DNA of 64,000 nucleotides from Marsupella aquatica (taxonomy: Eukaryota; Plantae; Marchantiophyta): positions 5,893,241 through 5,957,240 of the forward strand of contig OZ316899.1 in the NCBI GenBank assembly GCA_973895155.1. The letters are read 5' to 3'. Every line of letters starts with the position of its first letter. Positions within the stretch are counted from its first letter, which is position 1. Below are positions 25,601-37,250 of the stretch, in pieces. The translations under genes were made by a program, and so were the position numbers. The notes under the pieces were generated by a model. It worked only from the letters and a program-made list of their open reading frames with translations, was not told the DNA's origin and did no database searches.

Positions 25601-26392
25601 TGATGACGTTGGAGATCTACTGTGCCTGGGATCCTGAAAACTTTGTCCAGGAGTCGGAGGAGCGCTTCTCCAAAGCCGAGGTACTTTGGGTCGTTGAAGA
25701 AGAATTTGGTGATCTCCTTGTTCCGTAAGTGCTTGCTCTCAAATGGGAGACTGAAGTCATTGTTGTAGTGTGAGCGCACGTTTCTATGGATCAGTTCTTT
25801 GTACTCTCTCTTGGCTTTGTATCTGCATGGATTGTGTCCGGCGAGTGATTTTGCAAGATGGCTCCCGATGTGTAGAAATTGAAACCAAAAATGAATGGCG
25901 GAACTGGACATAACCGTGACCGACATAAGGCGTGGTGTGTATGATTGCTCCAAGGAAAACTAGAGAGGTTGGGATCAAAGCTGTTGCGCGGAGTGAACTA
26001 GTGGCCCAAGACAGGGAAGAGCTCACCTTTTATACTCTTGTGGTGTGTCGACCGATTGGTTCCTCTTGCCTGTGATAGGCCGAGCCCCTCATGCTTGGGG
26101 GGTACCGACCACTCTGCAAGTCCCGGTTAGAGCATGCTAGTGGGCCGTCTCCGGATCTGTTATACGGATCCAAGGCAGACCGCCATAACGCTCCCTTAAT
26201 CCGGCGGTACGTCAGGTGCCGTGCCGCCAGCTCGAACACGAATCCCCATTATTACTAAATCTTGTCCTAAACATCATGACTAGCTAATTTGTGTCTTTAT
26301 ACTAATAACTATGGGCTACTAAGTCTACTTCCAACGTACGTAACACGGGTTAAGCGGTATTACTCATTACCAGCCGTGCTGGCGGCGTCATA
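22624..26392 (-). mobile_element. Older, diverged solo giant LTR (3769 bp) inserted in chromovirus integrase
   Basis: Starts TGTCACG and ends CGTCATA; TSD CAAGG/CAAAG (one mismatch); the uninterrupted target site is visible in copy B near 57240-57260. Confidence 0.85.
23523..25926 (-). pseudogene. LTR-encoded protein, diverged and frameshifted copy
   Basis: MSVTVMSSSAIHFW start homologous to MSHTILSSSAIRFW; shares RVESRAPGGKGAKYQSSSFP, LEFQRYALHMMEPRG and the C-terminal coiled coil. Confidence 0.88.
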
Positions 26393-26446
26393 CAAAGGGA
26401 TATACATTGACGCCAGGTAAGCTTTGAAATTGGGGAGAGCGTTTGG

Positions 26447-26884
26447 TTGCAAATGAGACATGAACAATACCACGGGAACATAAGTAGGAAGCTGGCTCCC
26501 AGATATGCGGGGCCCTATCACATAATACGATGGGCCCACAAGGATAATCCAGTTTTGGTGGTGTTGGAGACACCTAAGGAAATGGGCATGAGCAAAAGCT
26601 ACCATGTTAGCCAGCGCAAGAAATTTGTCAAAGACGATGATCCCAACCGGGATCAAGTTTTGCGTTTGGACGCCATGCTGGTGGAGGACGCAGAGGAGTT
26701 TGAGGTGGAGGCAATTCTGGACCACCATTACAAACGCAAGTTGGGAAGGCAAATCTTAGAGTATTTGGTGAAGTGGGCTGGCTATGATCAGGCCGAGAGT
26801 ACTTGGGAACCGGAAGAAAATTTGGGTAATGCCTCAGAGATCCTTGGAAGCTATTGTAAGCAAAGCGGCCTACTGCCGTTGTGA
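26447..26884 (+). pseudogene. Integrase C-terminus with GPY motif and chromodomain
   Basis: KLAPRYAGPYHI; EFEVEAILDH...YLVKWAGYDQAESTWEPEENL with aromatic-cage F/W/Y retained. Confidence 0.92.
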
Positions 26885-27640
26885 ATTGGTACAGGCAATT
26901 GTAGCTACCTTTGTGAGTTGTATCCTAGTTTCACTCCTCTCAGCATCTTAAGGATAAAGTCGGATTGCATTGGTGCTAGAGGTTGTTGGGCGGCCAATTT
27001 GTTTTTTGCGAGTGGAAGTTGATGGTGCCCGCCTTACATCTATGGGCATGCTGGTTTGAACCAAAGGGGAGGACAATGGGTCTGACAAGTTTGGAGTTAG
27101 CTTATTCGCTTGGTTTGCGGGTGTTAGCTTGCCCGCTTGCCAAATCCTGTCAAACAATAGCCAAGCCGCGTTTAGTCTCCCAAGGGAGCTTGTGTTGGGG
27201 AGGCAAGGCCAAGTAGGGTTGGAGGCTGAGTTCCAAGGATGCTCCGCCCCTAGACCATCAGTGGGGCCAACAGGGAGTTGGTTGCTAGACTCGGGGCCAT
27301 TCTGGTCCCAACGTATTGGGACAAACTTTAGGACAAGCTACGCTAATTGGGCCATGAGCATGTCTTGGGGTCAAGGCGGTCAGTTGGTGATGGATAGGTA
27401 CGAGGGGGAACCCGGGCTGCGCCCAAGGAAGGGGCTGTTTTGGACAAACAGTCGGCATGGGTTCTAGTTCCGGCTTATGGCATCGGGAGGACCTATTGCT
27501 GACCTATTTACCAAATGTTTGTTGAGCTTGAGTTAGGATGCTAGACTTGGCAAGCTCTACATCTTGAAGGGTTACTTACCGAGGTGCTTGGTTGCTTGTG
27601 CAGACAGTGAGGACCGTTGAGTAGCGGTTGTGTTGGAGAG

Positions 27641-29126
27641 AGTGGTGAACTTTGCCACCCTGCGCCCTCACCAATCCCAGCACTCACGCCTAAGTGCCCT
27701 TGGTGCCCGAACGCCTCCACGGAATACCTCAAGCAAGCAACCTAGTGCCCCTTTGCACCGCCAGCAGCCCCGCCCATATGAAGCCACCCTTGCTCTCTAA
27801 CACGACCGCTACTGAACGGTCCTCCCTATCTGCACAAGCAACCAAGCACCTTGGTAAGTAACCCTTCAGGATTGATCTAGAACTCGCCAAGTCTAGCATC
27901 CTAACTCAAGCTCAACAGACGTTGGTAAATATGTCAGCGATAGGTCCTCCCGATGCCATAAGCCGGAACCAGAACCCACGCCCACTGTTCGTCCAGAACA
28001 GCTTCTTCCTTGGGCGCAGCCCAGGTTCCCCCTCATACCTATCCATCACCAACTGACCACCCTGACCTCAGGACATGCTCATGGCCCAAATAGCGTAGCT
28101 TGTCCTAAAGCTTGTCCCAAGACGCCGGGACCAGAACGGCCCCGACTCTAGCAACCGCTCCCGGTTTGCCCCACTGGTGGTCTAGGGGCCGAGAACCCTT
28201 GGAACTCATCCTCCGCACCTACTTGGCCTTGCCTCCCCAACGTAAGCTCCCTTGGGAGACTGAACGCGGCTTGGTTGCTGTTCGGCAGGATTTGGCAAGC
28301 GGGCAAGCTAACACCCGCAAACCACGAGAACCCACGGAACCCCCAGACCCAGATGAGCTCAGGAGGACGTAGCCCTCCTCAAGAGATTTCTAACACACCC
28401 AAGAAGTCCTCCAACGGACTTCCCGTTGGGAAGATATCGTCATTTCCATTTGGCAGTTTCCCTTAGTGTCGCGACCGCCGCGGCTCACTACTTCGGCTCG
28501 GCCTTAGCCCCCAGGGAGACACCACTCCTCTCATATATGCTTTTGGAGACCTGCCACCCCCGGACCAGCTTTGGTCCCTAAACATTTGGCCCCCAACCCG
28601 GATCCTATCGCGCATAATGGGCGCGCCACCAACTGGCAAAGCCCATAACTTTCTTGATAGGCATCCGCAAGCGGAGTGTCTTAGCCCGTTGTGATCGGGC
28701 CGACCCAGTGCTCATGCCTAGGCCCTCAGGTCTTATCGCCGCTCGGGGCTCCGACCGGCCCAACCCGGATCGGGCCACAACTTGCGCCCCAAGCATCCGT
28801 TGCCAATGGCGTCAACTCCATTGACCTTGGGGCCAAGAGGAGCTCACTCCCAAGCCCTCAGAACTCAAAGTCCATCCGAAGGTCCGGACGGCCATCCTTG
28901 AGCTCGGCCCATTTCGGCTTAACCCGACCAGCCATAGGCTAGTCCAGGTCCTTAGTGTGTGTCCCCAGCTTGGCCCCTTGCCTCGCTAGTGCCATGTCTC
29001 ATTGCCCACAAGTCTCCCCATGCTAAGTCCTCCGCGGATGGCCTATCCGGGCCTGGACCATAAGGGAGCTCGACGTTGGAGTTAGCGACGCCGGAGCTAA
29101 GTGTTAAGTAGTCGAGTTCTGCGACT
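27641..29126 (-). mobile_element. Chromovirus solo LTR (1486 bp) inserted inside an LTR of its own family
   Basis: Perfect TSD GAGAG (27636-27640 and 29127-29131); termini AGT...ACT. Confidence 0.9.
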
Positions 29127-30160
29127 GAGAGCAAGTGCGGCTTTGTATGGGAGGGGCCGCTGGCGGTGCAAGGGGCACTAGGTTGCTTGCTCGAGGTATT
29201 CCGTGGAGGTATTTGGGCACTAGGGGCACTTAGGCGTGAGTGTTGGGATTGGTGAGGGCGCTGGGTGGCAAGGTCCACCACTTCGAGCAACTGCTTGAGA
29301 ATCTAGCTGGATCTCATTGAAGGTAGGATTGTCCCAACCATCATGTGCTAGTGTTGGGAATGTAGGCAGCGGATCAATCAATGCCCCATCAAGCTCTCCA
29401 ACAAACTCTGGCGCTTCACTCTTAGGCGGGAGCATTGGCCTTAATACTCTCCAGGTACTCTGTAAACTTGGACTCCTTTGTTCCCTATCCTCCCATGAAT
29501 TGCCAGCTATGGTTGAAGGCCTGAACTAGTGAATGTGTCAAACGTAGTGCTGTATGCACCTTCTCCAACTCCTCTGGATCCTTCATGGCCATCTTCACTA
29601 CATTGAAGTTCACACTGCATGGAAGATAGCCTAGATAAGACATGGTGGACAATTCTATGAGGTAGAGGAGACCAAGAGAGGTGAGGATTAGAGGTGCATT
29701 GGGGAATGTTGAATGTGACTCACATTCCAACACAACCCCAATGTTTTTTGAAGGAAATGACCTGGGAAATGCTTAACCTCGCGAGTTCGCCGTTTCTCTC
29801 AATTTACGTTGTTTTTACGTTGTTTCTACGTCGTTTTTACATTATTTAGCTCTAGATGTTCCTTATCAAAACCTAGTCCTAAATGACATTAATTCTAGGA
29901 ACGTCGTTTAGTAAGACGTAACTAACATTGGACGGGGTTTAAGCGGGACATTAAATGTTAGGGTTTCTGCAAAAGATGACGTTAATACTAATTTTTTATG
30001 TTGTTATTTGTAGGGTTTCTAGGATTGGTTTTGTACAGGGTTGATTCCTTTTGCTCATATGATAGATGGTTCTATTTGTTGTAGGACATGGTGATCTATG
30101 ACTCTATCTGATGACACAGATGATGGGGATACGATTATTGGTTGGAGATACCGGCATCGT

Positions 30161-30289
30161 GATAGGGGTAGGGATTATTTGCCTGATAGGAGGAGGGACT
30201 ATTCCCTGAAGAGGAGGAGGGACTACTCGTCGGATAGGAGGAGGGACCATTCACCGGATAGGAGGAGGGATGACTCATTGGAGAGGAGG
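30161..30289 (+). repeat. 24-bp coding-type tandem repeat (DRRRDYSx) x5
   Basis: GATAGGAGGAGGGACTATTCC-like units in ORF 30098-30328. Confidence 0.8.
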
Positions 30290-31039
30290 TCAAGACATTG
30301 TAGATATCAATGTCATTGCCATCAATAGAGGGAGGAGGGTAGAAGAGATAGGAGCCCCCATCGGCCATATGACCGTCATCGTGATCCAGAGCCCCATGGT
30401 CACAGCTCACCTTTGCCTTTGGACGAGGGGTTTGGAGAGGCCATGGCTGCTCTTCATGGGATTGGACCAGTCCACAAGATGCCTTGTCCCATGAATCCCA
30501 TGGTCACAGCTCATCATGGGATTGGACCAGTCCACCAACACCAGAGGTAAGTTTCCTTGTTATTGCAAAACCATTTTGCTTAACTTTAACTATCACAAGG
30601 TTGGAGTACTTTGCCTTCAATCATGTTCAAGTTTGCTGGCATGCTGAGATTTTCTTGCTTACATGTGGAACAGATTTTGGTTGTGCCGTCACCTCCTAAG
30701 GATCGCATGAGAGAGGTTGCACGTCGAGCACTGATTGCATTGGTGCCCCCATCAGCTCTAGATGCCACTTTGAGGGCAATAACCGTGTTTTTGATAGGAG
30801 GAGGGTGTCACAAGTGCACCCTATTGAGAGGGGAGTCGTGGTCAATATCAGACCACGGTCTTTGGAGTCTTGTCCGCCTAGGGCGAGGCCACCACATTGT
30901 CCTTTTCTTGATGCATCTATTGCTTGGGCACCGAGAGAGTTGTGTGGGAGAGCCTTGGACATTGTAAAGGACTCCTTCCCTACCCAATTTGGGCTCCCTG
31001 TGGACCTTCCAATTAGGGAGCCTATCATAGTTTTGGATC

Positions 31040-31483
31040 GCCCATTGGTCCTCCTTCCGTCCACATTGGGCCCTGATGTAGGGCTAGGATTATTGCGCTT
31101 GTAGATATTGTGGTCCCTAATGGTTGTGCACCCCGAGGACTTGCCTCAGCTTTCCATTCTAGGGGCCTAAGTATTCTGCTCAATGATGGCGCATCTTGTC
31201 TCGACAATGTCCAACCTTTGGTCAATATTTCATATCAATCAAGCTCGACCCTAGGTATGCTCAGATGGATGGTTACCCGGCGCACACTGGAAACCTGGCG
31301 GGTTACATCAATAGCACATTGGGTTCTTGGCGTTCAGGTTTTAGGCCAAACGCTGAGTGGCATCAGTACCATGACCAGACTCACCCTCATTTGCCCATGG
31401 CTTGTACGCATTACATCTTGACCCATGCTACCCGCACCATTAGAGCAGGGGAAGAGATTCTTGTAGATTATGATTGGCATTGA
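31040..31483 (+). pseudogene. SET domain (lysine methyltransferase fold) inside the CACTA element
   Basis: PSTLGPDVGLGL(F)A..DI (motif I, needs frameshift repair), GNLAGYINS (motif III-like), PNA, ATRTIRAGEEILVDY (motif IV). Confidence 0.82.
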
Positions 31484-31598
31484 GGAAATGACATACTCGT
31501 AATATATGGACCCATTGTTGCATATTGCATTGAATCATATATAAGAGCGTTTGATTATATATGACTTTGTATTAAATATTGAATTTCACAATTGTAGG

Positions 31599-34500
31599 AT
31601 GGTGCATATGTTACTCCTACACCTCACCCATCCATGATGACAATGTCAGCGCGTGCCTTTCACCTACGTGCCACTCTAAATTTTGATGATGAGGAAGATG
31701 ATGACTTGGAGCCTGGTGATATGGATAGTGACCATGAGGAGTACCATGATGCATATGATGGAGAGTTCGATGAGGACGATGGAGATGAGGGGGATGCACC
31801 CATTCTTGAAGAGGATGCTTTTGCCCACCTTGTGGACATTCACTTTGGACCACATGCACCTGAGGGCAAGAGGCCTACCATGGAAGTAGACTAGGATGAT
31901 TGGGGCCAGTTGGAAATGGAAGCCAAAACTCCACTCTTCTTGGATTCTCCATCGTCACGGTAGGCTTCATTACTCCACAATATGTATAGAGTTTAGGGTT
32001 TGATCCAGCCCAAGTAGTTAATTATCAACTTGTACATACCACACCCAATGTCATACCTCAAACTAATTGCGTATAATCCCCTGGTTTCACAAATGCAGGT
32101 TGGGTGCCACTTTGTTGATGTTGAATTTGCAGGGACTTTTCAACACTTTGGGCGTCCATACAAATGCGCTCTTCCAGCTATTCCACCAAAAACTCTTGCC
32201 CCAACCAAACACTCTTCCTGGGTGTGTGAGGGAAGCTAAGAAGTTGTTAACCTCAATTGGATTGGCTTTAGAGACTATCCATATGTGTCCAAGTGGTTGC
32301 ATCCTGTATAGAGGGACATACTCGGACCACACAGAGTGCCCAGAGGCACAATTTAAGCTTCCACGACACCGGCCCGATACCGTTGGCAAAAACATTCCAG
32401 AGAAGGTGAGATCAGATCTCCTCCTAAGAGAGCAAGACATTTGTTACAAAATTAACGTAGGAGTCCATAGAGTTATATTTCAGAAAACGTTGTTTAAATT
32501 ATCTAAACCTAGTTTTTCCCATTTAACGTCGTCCAATTTAACATAACACACTGAACATTGTATTTCAGGAGGTATCTTACGTATCAAAGTATATAGGACA
32601 TACATTACGTCTTAATAAAGGTCATTTAGGTGACTTAACATTGTTAATGACAAGGTTACTTTAAACCTTCCAACGTTATGAATGTCGTCACACGTTATGC
32701 CGTATATCACAATATGTTTAAGGTAACACGATGAGTTATTCGACATTTAATCTCAATTAACATGGGAGGGTTTGTTGTGATTGTGGTTTTGGCAGGTCAT
32801 AAGGTATTTCCCGATCACACCCCGACTACAGCATCTGTATCAACAGAAACATCTATCAGCACTCCAAACTTGGCATGCTGAGAACAAGTCCCCACCAGGG
32901 ATTATGTGGTATCACCACAATAGCCCAACGTGGAAGCATATCAACACCACTTGGCCAGATTTTTCTTGGGAGCTGCGGAATGTTCGATTGGGGATGGCAA
33001 TAGATGGGGTAAACCCATACAAGCAACAATGCAAGCCTAAGTCCATATGGCCAGTTCTCTTGATAAATCAGAATATCCCTCCATGGTTGGCAATGAAGAA
33101 GGGTCATGTTCTCCTCCTCACTATGATCATTCCTGGTCCTCAGGCTTGTAAGAATCCGGAAATTTGTTTGGCTCCAGCTTATGAAGAATTGCAAAAGCTA
33201 TGGGAGTTTGGGGCAGTGACCACAGATGTCACTCATGCACCGGATAATGGGAGGACATTTCATATGAGGGCGATGATCACCCATTGCACCACTGATGGTC
33301 CAGATAATTCTCCGTCACTGAAATTCGTAGACATGCATTGTGCAGGGTCATATTGCATGGGTCAATGTTTATGGCCTGATATTTTTTTTCCATTTCATTT
33401 ACCGGTTTGGCCACAATATCCGGGTTGAAGGTGGCTGGTTATTCTGCTTGCCCTTCATGTGGCCCCAAGTTGCATGGGCGATATTCTAAGCGTTTGCATA
33501 AAACCACATATGAGGGAAGTAGGGTTTGATTACCGATGGACGATATCTTGCAACATAACACCACACATTGGGCTGAGACTGAGTTTAGGCCATGTCCCAA
33601 TGGGCCTTCAGTTGAGGCTCAAATTCAGATGGCAGAGAAAGTGGAGGCAAAGTTACTTCAACCCAAGCACTGTGGTGTCAATCGGCGCTCAGCTTTGTGG
33701 GACTTGCCGTATTGGAGGGTAATCAAAATAAAATTTGGCTTCTTTTAAGTTAGTGACTTGTAGTATTCTCTTTATGAATTTCTCACTAGCAAAACCTGAT
33801 TCTCCACTCATTTTGCAGATCCTCCAGATACGATGGTTGTTGGACCCCATGCATATTGAAGTGAATGTTGCCAAGAATATAGTGAAGCACATTTATGGGA
33901 GGAATGATACTTGTGGGGTCCGAGAGGATGCAAAGCAAGCTGGAGTGGTGAAGAGTTGTTGGATAACTCAAGATGGGGAGAAGCCCATTGCTCCTTGGAT
34001 TTTGCCAAAGGAGATTTTGAAAGAGATGAACGGGATGATATGTGAGATGAAGTTTCCTAGCCATTACGGAGCCAGCTTCCGTGGGTGCACTACAAGGGAT
34101 GAGCACATACCCACGATAGGCTTGAAGTCTCACAATTATCACAAGTTGATTCAGCATGTCCTACCAGCTGTCTTGCGTTGTTGCAATGATTCTAGAGAGC
34201 AAAGCCTACTTTGACTTGAACTATATGAGATGTGCTCCATTTTCAGGTTACCATACAACATACGATTCATGTACTAGTTGGTAAATGTGGGAGTTAGTCT
34301 ATGCAAAGCATGTGTTTATGATACTAAAAATTAATCTGCTGATTATGGGTGCCTTGTGAATAGGTGGGTATGCGCAAAGGAGATAAAGGAGAGTGAGATT
34401 CCCAAGATGAGGGAACGGTCGGCACGTGTTATGTGCAATATGGAGAAGGTGTTTCCACCCTGTATTTTTGGCATGCAGTTGCATTTGCTATGTCATCTGG

Positions 34501-35560
34501 TGGATGAGGTAGCCATATGTGGTCCAGTGCATGCTCATTGGATGTATTGGGTAGAGCGCTTCATGAAAGTGCTAAAGTCTTGGGTGCATAAACCCGCTCA
34601 ACCAGAGGGAAGTATGTCAACAGGGTATATTATGTCGGAGTGCCTCTTCTACTCTGGCAGGGTGATAGGGAGTTTGGACACACAGGCTCCCACAACTTGG
34701 GAAGAGGCACAAGATGATGAGATTGGTGGATTGCGAGTGATGGGTGCATCGAAGAAGCACTCATTCCATGAAGACATTTTCCAACAACAGATCCACAATT
34801 ATGTGTTGGAGAATTGCATTGGGATGTCAAATTGGAGACAACTATATAGGTAGGGAGGTAATCCTTCATGTTGAGTCCTACTTAGATGGAAATGTAGATG
34901 GATAATTGCAGGCAAAAAGGTCTAATGTATATGTGACCCTCTACTTGGCAGGGCATGGGTGGAGCAGCAACGGATAGGGGCAGTACAGGACCATGTTTGT
35001 GCATCATTCCGCATATGGGAATTGGAGCGCATGGAGAGGCTCCTTGCGTTGCATGGCCCTACCTTCATTCCCATTGATGTACAAAACATCATTAGGGGAC
35101 CTTCGATGGGCTATGACTCATACACACATGTATGAGTTAGGGCACCACTTTCAGACTTGGAGGATGGACCATATGAAGAAGAGTACTTGTAACTCTTACT
35201 TATATATGGTGACCAATGTAGGTGATGTTGAGGTTCCTTATTGTGGCATTGAAAATTTGGATGTTCATTTTGGCTCGTTTACCACCACCGTGTTAGAGGT
35301 GAGGTGGTACAAGTCCATCATGTCACCTCCAGCGAGAGCTACCATGGTGAAGGATGAGTGTGGATTTTATTGTGTGGACACGACCCGAGTTGCACCGAGC
35401 GGGACTGAGTTTAGTGACACCATAGTTTTTCCTAGCCAAGTGGATCAATGCATTGTGGTTCCAATGCACACTATGGTATGATGGTCCATTGTGAATCCCA
35501 TCTTTCCACGTTGTAGGAAGGGCTTCATGCAATCAGCTATTGAGGACGATGAGGATTGAC
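31599..35560 (+). pseudogene. CACTA/EnSpm (Tnp2/TnpD-like) transposase, multi-exon, degraded
   Basis: IHMCPSGCILY, YFPITPRLQHLY, RNVRLGMAIDGVNP, SIWPVLL..NIPPW, LDPMHIEVNV, GLKSHNYH, LHLLCHLVDEV..CGPV...WMYWVERFMKVLKSWV...AQPEGSM. Exon limits approximate. Confidence 0.92.
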
Positions 35561-36333
35561 ATTATAGCCCCACTATCCACATTTGTATAGGTTGTTGCCA
35601 CCCTTTGCATATAAACACATATTTCATGGCCTAGGCTTTTGCCAATTTGGAGAATGAGATGGGCTTGTAATCCCTTGGAAAACAAATAATTAAGTAACAA
35701 CCATACAGTTATTGCACATGTCCCCTTGGCCTTCATCCTCCAGCAGGTAGACCTATCAAGAATGTCACCCAATACATTTAACGTTGTGCAATTAAACGAT
35801 ACATTTTACCCTTTGACGTTAGGTTTTTAAACGTTGTATTTTGGATCAAGTTCCAACGTTATTCGTAACATATACGTCGTCCATCGCATAACATAAACGT
35901 TGTGAAACCCTAAGCGACGGAAGTTTGCATTGTCTGGTGCTAGGTACTAGATTACAGCGTTTAGGACGATGTTAAGATGACATTAACAAAGTGTCAAGCG
36001 ACGTAATTAATTGCCTTGGACGTTAATCACAAGAAAGTTTGAGCACATTCAATCTGCACAATAGTTACTCCAAATAAGATTCATGGATGTGTTTATTGTT
36101 GCACATAGACGAAATGGAGGAGTTACACAATAGCTATACCTCCTTTCTACTGCAAGTCTAGCCTACATGAGTCATGGTCATCCCTCTACAACCAACCTCC
36201 ACACTGATGTTGATTAAGGAGTCCCTTCTCCACACCAATAGTACTCCTCGTTCGCTTTCCTCTTATTGTATGAAGCACGCCTTTGGCTGGCATTCCAATT
36301 CCTCCAGACAATAGCTTCCCCGGCCTGTAGCCT

Positions 36334-36774
36334 CTAAGCCTCTACCTCAGCTGCACAACCTTCCTTGTAATCATAAATAGAAATGTCAAGTTCAGTGGGT
36401 GATAACTCACATTTAGGCAAGGTGGGAGGGTAGGCCTCACCATCATCATCCTCGGGCAAATCTTCCAGACCACAATCAATGCTCGGATGCAGCAGGAACT
36501 CTCTTGGGTCCAAGTTCTTGTTGGCAAGAATGGAGCACTGAATCCACTGAGTAGAAATGAATTGCACAGTTCCAGCAAAATGCGACATCAAGCCAACATA
36601 GTCACTGAAATGCTCCACAACCTGTTTCCATGTATTTGTAATCAGGAAATCTGTTTGTGGGGTACATAGCTTGTCAACAAGCCCTCCACGACAAAAGAAC
36701 CCCCGAACCATCTTCTCCTCCTCACCAAGTGAGAGGAAACAACAATGCACATTTGCAAAAAACTTCCGCACCAT
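36334..36774 (-). CDS. BRCT-like domain protein inside the CACTA element
   Basis: GG turn (RGGLV), hydrophobic strand TDFLIT and ISTQWIQCSILANKNLDPREF, matching the BRCT W-x3-S/C helix. Start codon uncertain. Confidence 0.55.
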   Translation of the reverse strand: MVRKFFANVHCCFLSLGEEEKMVRGFFCRGGLVDKLCTPQTDFLITNTWKQVVEHFSDYVGLMSHFAGTVQFISTQWIQCSILANKNLDPREFLLHPSIDCGLEDLPEDDDGEAYPPTLPKCELSPTELDISIYDYKEGCAAEVEA

Positions 36775-37250
36775 AGCTTAACACTTTGCCTCCCACCCTG
36801 CAATTTCTCTCCACTCAGTACCTTCAAAGTCTTTACTTGTGATTTAACCTAGTGAGTTCACAAGTGAGCCTCCCGCCTATATAATTTTGTGTCTCCCCTG
36901 ATCAAAGGACTTTACGTCATTCAATCCTACATACTTATCGTATGCCATGGCTACGTACTTCAGATATGTCATCCCGAGCACATAAACTGTATAAAGTCTT
37001 CCCCAACGTTACATAACACGTCGTTATCTATTGTATGTTGTCAGGAATGAGGTTAATTACCTTGTTTTATACAACGTTAAGTTTACATCTCTAAAGACAA
37101 CGTCAACAGCTCCTGCAGAATCTCCGCGGATATTTGACCGCCCTTTAACGTTGTCAAAGCAGGTTAACGATGTATATCCCTCTGTTAATTATAGGACCAT
37201 CATTTTTGGGTAGGTTAAACACGGTGCCGACGTCTCAAAATGTAGTTGTG

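Larger units (their letters stand above)
21708..29282 (+). mobile_element. Chromovirus (Ty3/gypsy) copy A: integrase, chromodomain and partly deleted 3' LTR, with two nested insertions
   Basis: WESISMDFI integrase closely matching copy B (57321-59132, minus); chromodomain in 26447-26884; LTR ends CCACCACT at 29282. Confidence 0.88.
29283..37250 (+). mobile_element. CACTA/EnSpm transposon (left part cut by chromovirus A) with transposase, SET-domain and BRCT-like cargo
   Basis: Tnp2-type transposase exons, AACGT-rich introns and subterminal region, terminus AATGTAGTTGTG at 37250 followed directly by chromovirus 3' UTR sequence. Confidence 0.85.

Noticed and set aside
27129-29290. Short ORFs in chromovirus LTRs (also 37872-39042, 53919-56122, 60133-60647)
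   Set aside because: Starts, stops and frames differ between LTR copies, unlike the giant-LTR ORF.
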